NCBI RefSeq assembly: GCF_006345805.1
Contig: NC_043008.1
Span: 24,924,001 to 24,988,000, forward strand
Length of the DNA stretch: 64,000 nt
From: Octopus sinensis
Taxonomy: Eukaryota
Direction of reading: 5' to 3'
This document shows positions 54,661-64,000 of this stretch, one piece after another; within the stretch, counting starts at the first letter, position 1, and the number at the start of each line of letters is the position of its first letter. A model generated the notes under the pieces. That model worked only from the letters and a program-made list of their open reading frames with translations, made no database searches and was not told the DNA's origin. Made by a program: the position numbers and the translations under genes.

Positions 54661-55853
54661 ATTCCAACAGTCAAGGAAGAGCCCGTCAAGAGCTTGGGGC
54701 GAGTATACGCTGGAACATTGTCAGACAGAAGTGGTGGGATTGAAATTATGAAACAGGCCGAGGTTGGGTTATCAGCGATTGATAATTCGAAGTTACCAGG
54801 TAACTATAAAATTTGGTGCTTGCAGTTCGGCTTGTACCCGCGACTTGCGTGGCCACTTTTAATATACGAGGTAGCATTGTCACGAGTTGAAATCATAGAA
54901 CAAAAATGTAATGTGTTCATTAGAAAGTGGCTAGGCCTACCTCGTATGTTGAACAGTTCAGCTCTTTATCGGAAAAGAGGTTCGTTGCAGCTACCAATAG
55001 CATCAATAGTCTAAATATATAAGCTGGGGAAGATACGGACGGTCATGATGCTGAGAGAATCGACGGATATGGAAATCAGGCGTAACCCACCAGGGAGTGG
55101 AAAGCAGAAGCAGAAACTGACGACGTCTTGTCTTCTCTTATACACAGAGATATGGTGGGAGCAACGCAGAACCATCGGAAAGGACTTGGTTTTGGCGCAG
55201 ATCAGTTCAGACCGTTTGCAAGCATGATGCGTAGTGAGCGCAGATCTGTTGTTAGCAACAGCGTCAAAACGAGAGAAGCAGAGAGAAGAGAGCTTCATTT
55301 GATCCGATGTTTTCATCAAGGTCAGATGACGAGAAGGGAAGAACATGTTGTTGAGAGGAAAATAAGTTGCGATGAGTTATGGAAGTGGACGACATCTCGG
55401 CTGAGTTTCCTGATTCGTTCATCTTATGATGTTTTGCCATCACCTACGAATCTAGTAAGATAGAACGTCTCAGAGAATGACATCTGCAAATGTGGAAGGG
55501 TCAGTACACTGAAACATATTCTTTCCAACTGTTCATTAGCATTGAACAGGTATACATAGAGACACAACTTGGTTCTTCAGGTTGTCTTCAATGCTATAAA
55601 GAACCAAATTCATCTCAGAAAAAACCGTTAAAAGTACCATCTAGAGATTTCCTTACCTTCGTGCGACCAGGTCAGCGGATCCGTTTCAAGAAGAAGATCA
55701 AGAAATCTCCTGTGAGAGATGAAAAGTGGAACGGCTATTGGGAGGTGACAGCAGATTTACCTGGGTGCCAGGGATTCTTTCCCATCCCAATTACGAAAAA
55801 ACCCCATATATTTTGATGTGGTGTGAAAGAAGGACAGTTGTAAATATAGTCGA
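54661..55853 (+). mobile_element. R2-superfamily HERO-type retrotransposon, part 1 (RT thumb, CCHC knuckle, start of RLE)
   Basis: IPTVKEEPVKSLG...LPGNYKIW...PRLAWPLLIYEV...RKWLGLPR...ALY...LQLP, FLIRSSYDVLPSPTNL, CKCG...TLKHILSNC, RHNLVL. Contains stops and frameshifts; 5'-truncated. Confidence 0.85.
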
Positions 55854-58138
55854 TGATTTTTTATTAACCATAAAATGTCTTACATAGAGGGGACACTACA
55901 ACACATTGGGGACAAAAAACATCAAAACAAATTGTCGTATGATAAAATGAGAGAAAGGGTGAAAATGAAAGATGAATTAACTGCCCCATCAGTCAACATC
56001 GCTTACTTGTCCATTTTTTTTCCTATTTTACCTCGAAAATCACAAAGTCTACAAATTTAACCTCATATATTTCTTCTAGTTTATTCATCTTTCCGGTTCC
56101 AATGTTCTTCTTAATAAAGTATAATCATCCTCAAGTTCCTTTTCAAGTTCCTCAACCTGACTTTTTGACACTACTAAAACCATTTTCTGATGCCAGCCAT
56201 CTGGCATTTCTAGCTTTCCCCATATTTTCAATCTTTCATATAAATGTTTGTTGTCAAATAATACGTATAAGATATTCTTCAGGGTGGTGACTTTGTCTTA
56301 TCGTTTGTTTGTATGTTTTCTGTTTTCTTGTTGGTGGGGAGTGGGTGGAATTGGTGTCTGTAGGGACGGGGTGGGACACAGTCGGTGAGGGTGGTGTTGG
56401 GGTGGGTTGGGATTCACAGTTACTTGCCTTTTTTCTTTTCCGCTGTTTCTTTTTCTTGGAGTTTCCCACTCTTTTCCGTCTTCGTTCACTTGACTCTCCT
56501 TTTCTTCTGTTCCTTCTGGGGTGCTACCGTTTCCACTGTTGTTTCCTTGGTTATCTGTTCCACTGTCGTATTACAATTTGCTTTTATGTGGCCCTTCAGG
56601 CCACATTTGTAACAACGAGGGGCTCTGCCCTCCACCCATACTTTCATCGTTATATCACTTGTCGCGGCCCCATCTGCTAGCATCACTTACCCGTTCTTCC
56701 TCCTTAACCCGGAATGAAATGCATATAGTCCTCCAGTTTACAATTGAATTCCCTTTCCATTTCAGACAATCTTTCCTCTTCAATTTTATATCTAACCAGT
56801 TTATAACTTCTCCTTGCACATTCTTCCCCAAGTTCCTTTACAAGGTCTTCCGGAATTACCGCATACATTACCCCCAGCCTGTACTCACAGTCATTCCATT
56901 TTACTTTCCCCCTGTCTTTTATTATTTCCCGTACTTCTTCATGGTCCCAAATACCAAGAATATTGGTCCTATGATTTTTAGAGTTATCTTGTGTGTTTGC
57001 TTCTTTTTTTGTTTTCTTGTTGGTGGGGAGCGGGTGGGTTCACTGTCTGCAGGGGAAGGGTTGGCCTCAGAGGGTGCGGGTGGTGTTGGGGTGGATTGGG
57101 GTTCAGCACGATTCACTTTTCCCCTTCTCCTTTTCCTCCTTCTGCCGTCTTCCCATTCTTTTGGTACTTCCTCCTGTTGTATTCTGCTCCGTTATATTCT
57201 GTTCCTCTTCGGTTAATACCTCTCTTTGAGGTTCCAAACTTATTTACTTTGATGGGGGAGGGCAGTTAGCTCTTATGTGACCTTTCACGTCACACTTGTA
57301 GCAGCGCGGCGCTCTGCCCTCCACCCACACTCTCATAATAATATTTCCCATTTTGACACTCTCTGCCAGTTGATCCAATATTTCGGCTTCCGCTTGCACG
57401 TTCATTTCGAGAACTGCACCCTTCCAGCCTCCTTCATCCTTCACCGTGGCGTGGAGAATGTCTACTTCCTCCTCGCATCCACCAATGATGGCTGCCACGA
57501 TCCACTCGCCATCGATATTGGGAGGTATTCCCTCCACCCTGATCCGGGTTGTCCTTCTACCCAGATACGAGGGCAGAAGGAACACCTTTTCCGTTTTCAC
57601 AGTCCTCGCCGCTATTCTTCTCGCTACACTTTCGTTCTCAAACTGGACCACCATGGTACCGAAACTTACACCTCTTGCCAGGAATATAATTTCTTCTTCA
57701 GTCCTTTTCAGCGCTTCTTCGATTACCTCCATTCCGACTACTTCTATTTTTCTTTTTTCGTTAGCATAAACTCGGTACGTGATGGCCCTTCGTCCGTGCC
57801 ATTCTCTTCTCTTTTGTGACGGTGCCAACTCCACTTCACCACCGACCTTTTTTACGAAAGCCTGATAGCTTGGCAACTTGGCTAAGTCTATTTCCTTCTC
57901 CTCCGACCTTGTCACTCGTGCGTATGTAATTCCTAATTCTTTGTCCATCTTTTTAACAGCCTTTTCTTGCTCCTCTTCAGAGGACGACAAATCCGACACG
58001 CTGAGACCTTCAAACATATTAGGGAGGGGCAGACCGCTTCTTCCTTGTCTATCTCAATACAGAGAGACAAAGATCCCAAAACCGTTTAACAATAACGTTT
58101 AAAGATAAAAATTTTAAGTAGTGATAAAGTCTAACGCC
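55854..58138 (-). mobile_element. Non-autonomous Tx1/L1-type element with ORF1 only (HAL1-like), ORF1 C-terminus duplicated
   Basis: Target duplication TAGTCGA (55847-55853) / TAGTTGA (58139-58145). The 3' end CCCCTCTATGT...TGGTTAATAAAAAAT resembles that of the Tx1 element at 62671-62717. Two CCHC knuckles; no APE or RT motifs. Confidence 0.8.
57244..58017 (-). CDS. Retrotransposon ORF1p (gag-like RNA-binding protein with CCHC zinc knuckle), probably truncated by frameshift
   Basis: 257 aa ORF ending VWVEGRAPRCYKCDVKGHIRANC; homologous to ORF1 at 58503-59762. Confidence 0.7.
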   Translation of the reverse strand: MFEGLSVSDLSSSEEEQEKAVKKMDKELGITYARVTRSEEKEIDLAKLPSYQAFVKKVGGEVELAPSQKRREWHGRRAITYRVYANEKRKIEVVGMEVIEEALKRTEEEIIFLARGVSFGTMVVQFENESVARRIAARTVKTEKVFLLPSYLGRRTTRIRVEGIPPNIDGEWIVAAIIGGCEEEVDILHATVKDEGGWKGAVLEMNVQAEAEILDQLAESVKMGNIIMRVWVEGRAPRCYKCDVKGHIRANCPPPSK

Positions 58139-58263
58139 TAGTTGAGTTAACGGTTCCTCATGAAGATAATATAGACGCCGCTCGGGCTCGAAAATTTAAC
58201 CGTTATGTAAACCTCCTCGAGAAATGTGAAGACGCAGGCTTGAAAGCGGAACATTATCCAGTG
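58139..58263 (+). mobile_element. HERO-type retrotransposon, part 2 (RLE core)
   Basis: Translates to VELTVPHEDNIDAARARKFNRYVNLLEKCEDAGLKAEHYPV, joining part 1 (..VVNIV) to part 3 (EIGCRGF). Confidence 0.85.
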
Positions 58264-58335
58264 TAGAAGGATTGTGTCTGTATTATCCCCCTCTATGTTT
58301 GGGCCCTTGTGGCTAATAAAGAAATTGGATGTAGA
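58264..58335 (+). mobile_element. Short copy of the Tx1 3' terminus plus target sequence
   Basis: 58278-58335 is a direct repeat of 62671-62727 with a few substitutions. Confidence 0.8.
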
Positions 58336-58502
58336 AGGATTTGTGTGTTTTCTTTTGGTCATACAAAGTTAAAATTTTGTGTCTGTTACAGTTAAATTTT
58401 GTTATAATTTGAAAAAAAAGAAATGTTTGTTGCTTGTTTTGAAGCACAATCTGTAAAACGTGCGGGGGAACGTTTTACTGTATTTATTTGTGTTTTTACA
58501 CA

Positions 58503-59762
58503 ATGGAATGTACTGCCGCGCATAGGGAGAGTGTATCTTCAGTGCCAAGTACCAGTAAGGATTCTGTAGTGAGCAAAAGGATATTGGAAGAACCAATAAG
58601 GAGCTTTGCGGCTGCCGCCGGAGGAAACTCAAGGAAAATTGATACAACCAATTTCAAGGCACACCGAAAGCTATTAACAGAAGAAGGGACCGAAATAAAG
58701 GTGGTCCCTCCTCATAGCATCATTAAAGATGCACTCGAAATGACTATAATTTTCAAAACGTATAATGTTGAAAAGAAAAAAATTAACTATGACAAGAGTG
58801 TAGAAAAATGTTTAAGGCCAATTTGGAATAACATCAAATATTTGGCCAGAGGAAAAAGATACGCAACTGTTGAAGTGAGGGTGTCAACAGTGGAACAGGC
58901 GCAAAAGTGTTCTGTGGAGCTGATGCGAACGGATGAGGTGGTACTGTTGCCGATTTATACGGGGAGGAGAACATCCTGAATAAAGATAAGCTGTGTACCA
59001 CCGGAGGTGAACGCCGAATGGCTAGTAGCGGCAGTACTGTATGACCTAGAGGAAGAAACCACACTTCTTTCGGCGGAAGTAACAGAATACAAAGTCTGGC
59101 TTGACGAGACAATAAAGATGCTGATCTAAGCAGACCCTATTACCCCAGAAAAAATTCCAGGGGTCACAGATACAATGGATACGAAGTTAGTAGTCATGGT
59201 GGAGGGTAGAAAACCCAGATGTTTTAAATGTGGAAAGAAGGGTCATGTTATGTCCGAATGCAAGAGTGGTGAAGAAAAAGAAAAAGATGAGAACAACATT
59301 GAAGAAGTCTCGGAAGACGAAACTAAAGAGAATGGAAAAACAGAAGAAAGCACAGAAGAAGAAAATGAGAGCGAAAATAAAGAAGAGACGGAATGGGAGA
59401 TAGCTGGTAGCAAAAGGAAGATTAAAAGAAATATTAAATCATTGGCAAAAATGCCAACCCAAAGAAGGCATGAAAAAGCTAAACAATCAAAAACAAAAGA
59501 AACAAAAGAAAAAGAAGTTCTGTATATGGCGGTTCGAACCTCAAACTCGAGGTTAATGAGCCGAATACAAAGTAACAAAAAACTATAAAGAACTGAATGC
59601 AAAAACGTTAAAGACGGGTTCGAAGTATACCACGTAGACAGAACGTCTTACAACGTTCTAGCAAATGACTATTGGAGCGATGTTGGCCCGATGAGGTGGG
59701 ATATTTCAGACAATCTGTACGAAGGTTTACTTAGAACGACTCCACGAGACTCAGAAAAATAA
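58503..59762 (+). pseudogene. Tx1 ORF1 (gag-like), interrupted by stops
   Basis: IKYLARGKRYATVEV...LLPIYTGRRTS*...VEGRKPRCFKCGKKGHVMSEC followed by an acidic/basic tail. Confidence 0.8.
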
Positions 59763-59820
59763 AAGGAGGCAGACCCCACACTGCCTCTTAGCGAAGAAAC
59801 AGGAAATTGAGGTAAGACTT

Positions 59821-62476
59821 ATGGCAGTTCACGTTGGATGTTTAAATGTGCGTGGCCTGACGGCGGGATGGAAGCAAGGTCGCTTCTTAAACGACGTCAG
59901 GTCACATAATTTGGATGTCATTGTTGCTACTGAAACCCGGTTAAAGTGATCAAGAGGACTGCTCCCACTCCTGGACGGATACGAGAAATTTGTTTCTCGA
60001 GGTCCACCGGCGGGTGGGGGTGGGGTATTGGTCCTACTAAAAAGAAACCGGGTTTCAGAGAAGAAGTTAATTTTTTCGGACCCAGAATGTAGGCTGGTCG
60101 TCTTAGACCTGACTTTCAGTTGCGGTAAGAAAATCAGACTGATGGCAATTTATGATCCCCCCACCAAAATGGTCAGTCTGAGTATTTCCGAGACCTAGAG
60201 AAGTTTCTTGGTACGGCGTACCCATTATTTTTGTTAGGGGACTTTAACGTTATTCACGATGCGCACGTGGATAATGTTGGCTCGAACCTAAATAGGGTAT
60301 CGAATGTCTGTATAGATCTACTAAGTCGCTTTCAGTTAGTATACCCATACATACTTGAATTCCCGAACACCCCAATGTGGACATGGTTAAGAGGTGACGG
60401 GTTTTTTAAGTCCTATATAGATAGGATTCTAATTAGAAAAACAGATAGATCTATAGCTAAGTGTCCACAGTTCCACTTGGTCAGCTACAGTGATCATAAA
60501 TTGGTCACTTGTAAGCTGAACCTAGATAAGTTACAGAGTAGAGGATCCAGTTACTGGAAACTCAATAAGTCCCATTTGGCGAACGAAGAGTACAGGAGCC
60601 GGATTAAGTTACTGATACAGAGGGCTTTAACAGGTACCATCATTAATAATAAATGGTGGTATGCCCTCAAAAGAGCCATTAAATTTGAGTCTGTTAGATA
60701 TAGAATAGGTTTAGTGACTATAGAGCGTAAGAGGGAACTAGAACAAGTTAAGAAATTAGAGGAAGCCGTGTTGACTGGTAGTGCTGCTCTTATACGCTAT
60801 ACCTTAGAAGGTTTTGGTAGTGATTCTGGCAAAGGTGGGGCTTTGGTCCATTTAGACCAATCAGAAGCATTCGATAGGGTTGACCATCGGTACCTGGTGA
60901 CCGTGCTGGCACAGTTCGGGCTGGGTCTTGGCTTCCTTAGGTGGATAATCCAATTATACGATAACATCGATTCGATCATTCGGGTGAACGGCTTTCTTTC
61001 TAGGCCGTTCTCTATTAAGCGCTCGGTTCGCCAAGGATGTCCACTCTCGCCGCTTTTGTATGTGATGGCCCTAGAGCCGTTACTGCGAAAGTTGAGTGGC
61101 ATCCCGAGGGAGCCGGCTGTTGGAGAGTCGGTTTCAGCATATGCGGATGACATCACCATTATCGTAACCAAGATGGAACACCTACAGAGGGTAGGTGAAA
61201 CCATTAAGGTGGCAGGAGGAAAGATTAACCGGGAAAAGTCAGTCGGCTTGCAACTCGGCACCTGGAGGGGCAAGTCGATGCCTTCGGATAGCGTCGCGGG
61301 ACGTTGGACGGAGGGCCTGGTTAAGCTGCTAGGAGTTTGGTTTGGACCTGACCTCCAGGTAGAAAAGAACTGGGCAGAGGTATCGAGCAAGGTGACCTGC
61401 ATAGTCAAGACCTGCTCTTGGCGGTGGCTATCCTTGAAAGGGAAGGCGGGGGTTGGTCAATATGTTTATCGCATCGGTCATCATTTACCGCCTAACCGTC
61501 GTGCCCTGTCCCGGGTCGTGGTTGAGCAAGTTGGAGAGGCAGATCTTCTGCTTTTTGTGGAAGGGCACCACTCCTCTTGTGAGGCGTTCTATTTGCTGCC
61601 AGAAGCCGTTGAATGGAGGACTTGGGAGACCTTGGCTGTTGATGCGCAAACATGCGCTGAGTTTGAGGCATCTCTGGCTACTCCTGAATGGTGAACTGGT
61701 GTTGTCTCCGCTCGCGAAACGGATGTTTCCCAGGTTCACTAGCTTTAGTGGACAAGAAAGCTGGTTCCTTCGTAGATCGAGGTTGGGTACATGGTTTACG
61801 GAGTGCCGTAAAGCACTCCCACAGTTCCATCGCTCGGGTAATGCTAGCGGTGTTGGTACCACCACATTTTTCTATAGCAGGTTGGTAGAGGCTGGGAACG
61901 ACGATACCCTAGAGGAGACCTTAGGTCTCAGAGATAGCCAGTTAGACAGTCTGTTCCGAAGGACGTTCGGGCCGGGGTGTTTGGATAATTTCCAAAAATC
62001 TCTGGCCTGGCAATGTTACCGAGGAGCCTTACCCGTTCGGGATAAGCTCGCACAACACGGTCGAACTACCACTACCGACTGTCCAAGATGCGGGCGGGAT
62101 AGGGAAACCGTCCTGCACGCTTTTGTTAAGCGCCCGGGAGTGTCTGAAGTGTGGGCTTAGACAGAACATCTACTGTCAGGTTCGGGAAGAGCTGTCGTCT
62201 GAGTCAATCGTAAAAATTTACCCGCCGGATTTCCTCACGAAAGTAGGTAAGCAATATTTTCTTGCAGTAGTAGCAATAGCGAAAGAGGTGGTATGGAAGT
62301 CGCGAATGAAAGGTTTGGCGACAGGCAACCTCATCTCCGATCTCGGGTTGGTGAGATTTTTTATCTTCCACCTTAAAAGGAAGGTGAGGCAGGAGAGAAG
62401 ATGCCTGTCAAAGAAAATGTTCAAAGATAGATGGTTGCATGTTGCGAGGGTGCTGGGGATGAAAGATTCCTCGTGA
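59821..62476 (+). pseudogene. Tx1 ORF2 (AP endonuclease, reverse transcriptase, C-terminal zinc finger)
   Basis: MAVHVGCLNVRGL, GDFN, IDRI, SDH, LDQSEAFDRVDH, RQGCPLSPLLY, YADD, CPRCG..ETVLH. Frameshifts, plus a large in-frame deletion near 60790 that removes the linker and first RT motifs. Confidence 0.9.
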
Positions 62477-62712
62477 ACATGTCATAAGTCTGCATACAAA
62501 AGTTTCAGTAGGAGAATGGGGCTCGTGAGGTCATAGCGTAAGCCATCTCTCTGCTTCATCTCATATTTGTATTTCGTCCTTGTTGTATCTCATTCGATTT
62601 CATTCGATTTCATTATATTTTATAAAATTTTAAAAGTCATATAATCATTGTGTGTCTGACCCCAATCAGGCTGTATTGCCCCCTCTATGTTTAGGCCCTT
62701 GTGGTTAATAAA

Positions 62713-63120
62713 GAAATTGGATGTAGAGGGTTCGTTGGACACAGTGTGAGACGACTGTTGTTATCGCTAGGCCTAACTCATCGTAAAGTCAATACCACCA
62801 TGACCGATATCCAATCTACAGTGGAAAAGGCTAGCCACTGGAATTGGTTAAAAAGAGATGATGAGCGATGGCTAGAAGGATATTGAGCTTTATTTGATAA
62901 CCAGCTGATCTAGCAAGCGGGGCATCATATCAGTAAGGGGGGCTGGTGCGCATTGATGCCGTCGAGAGGTAGGCCCCGAAACGGCGCACATTCTCTCCTG
63001 ATGACCCCATACACTTGCTGGCTTCCGGTATGCGGAGTTTCTGACTGGTAGCACTTGTATGTGCAAGTTGTTTGCAAGACATATTCGTGTCCATTTCTTT
63101 TCATTCAGCCTTGTGCAAAA
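62713..63120 (+). mobile_element. HERO-type retrotransposon, part 3 (RLE C-terminus and 3' UTR)
   Basis: EIGCRGFVGHSVRRLLLSLG...VEKASHWNWLKR* (cf. HERO EVGCRGF...AE.AS.WLW.KR), then a GC-rich structured UTR. The exact 3' end is uncertain. Confidence 0.85.
62911..63021 (+). ncRNA. Non-circularly permuted (rearranged) hammerhead ribozyme candidate
   Basis: GTC 62961-62963, GAAA 62978-62981 and CTGATGA 62998-63004. Stem III TGCCGT/ACGGCG, stem I GAGAGG/TCTCTC, and stem II split into GGGGCT/GGCCCC and GGGG/CCCC plus TAGCAAG/CTTGCTG. Confidence 0.7.
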
Positions 63121-63520
63121 AAGTAGAACAAACTTAGAGAAGTTTGTAGATGTTTGACATCTACTTCTAGCGTATTAGCGTCGTACTTCCAGCGCCCTTA
63201 ATTATATTTATATATTTATAATTAAATATATATATATGTGTGTGCGTGTGATTGTGTGAGTGAATGTATTCCTCGTGTCACTAAAAATTTCGTGAATATA
63301 TACCCACGGGATTTCAAGCTCACGAAAATTTAAATCACATGGGGTGAGGGGAAACTCTGTCAGCCTGTAAATCATTAAGTACCATTCCAGCTATTTGCCT
63401 TGTGCGTAATTTCCGCTCGTTTGTTACACATTTGTATATACTGTATATATTTGCATGAGAGAAGGAGGGAGGTATGTGAATGTAAATCGCGTTCGGAGGT
63501 TGTCTGTATATATATATATA

Positions 63521-63802
63521 TATCTATACAATATGTTACATTACTCGGTAGTCAAGATAAAACTCTGAGTTCCAGATGCCGAAGTGGAAATCCACAACAC
63601 CATCTCTTCGGTTATCTGGCTATTTGAAAAAAGCCAAATAGCCAGATAACCGAAGAGATGGTGTTGTGGATTTCCACTTCGGCATCTGAAACTCAGAGTT
63701 TTATCTTGACTACCGAGTAATGTAACATATTGTATAGATAAATTTCCTCTATTTACATAATATTGAGGTCTCTTTCTTTCTTTTGTTATCTTACCGTTTT
63801 AT

Positions 63803-63805
<3 letters not shown>
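63521..63805. repeat. Second head-to-head palindrome of the element at 35759-36561
   Basis: Arms 63521-63626 and 63635-63740 (106 bp each, one mismatch seen), an 8 nt spacer, and a right copy extending to ~63805. Flanked by (TA)n. Confidence 0.95.
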
Positions 63806-63841
<36 letters not shown>

Positions 63842-64000
63842 AACTTACTTGGGGGATAAGAAACGAAACGACGCGAGGCGCTCAGTCATATAATAACAAT
63901 TTGATAAATAAGATATATACATACATACATATATGTACGTACCTACATCTATATGTATATATACATGCATATATATATCTATATATATATATATATATAT

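Larger units (their letters stand above)
58336..62717 (+). mobile_element. Tx1/L1-clade LINE, near full-length, decayed
   Basis: ORF1 with CCHC, ORF2 with APE and RT, and a 3' UTR ending AATAAAGAAAT. Flanked by GAAATTGGATGTAGA at 58321-58335 and 62713-62727. Confidence 0.9.

Noticed and set aside
60797-61865. Long antisense ORFs over the Tx1 ORF2 (also over CR1, RTE and ORF1 regions)
   Set aside because: Shadow ORFs opposite retrotransposon coding sequence, with no independent motifs.

Overview
AT-rich eukaryotic genomic DNA full of microsatellites ((TA)n, (CA)n, (TAGA)n, (TATG)n, (TTA)n). I see no convincing host protein-coding exon; most short ORFs are translated microsatellites. The SINE families and repeat composition resemble an octopod cephalopod genome (inference from recognition, not a search). 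The window is a transposon graveyard. It holds decayed R4/Dong, RTE, CR1-type, Penelope-like (PLE), piggyBac, Tc1 and Helitron elements, several tRNA-derived SINEs, and a nested block at 54.7-63.1 kb where an R2-HERO-type retrotransposon is split into three pieces by Tx1/L1-type insertions. The most notable signals are RNA-level or mechanistic. (1) A complete hammerhead catalytic core in a non-circularly permuted, pseudoknotted order lies in the HERO 3' UTR (62911-63021). (2) Two Tx1-type 3' ends are joined to the same conserved EIGCRG codons of the HERO endonuclease. (3) A young hammerhead-bearing element forms near-perfect head-to-head palindromes with the same asymmetric architecture at two loci. 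(4) A dispersed set of PLE-type minimal hammerheads has long stem II. (5) A three-donor templated insertion sits inside a Helitron. All calls were made by eye; boundaries of old relics are approximate.
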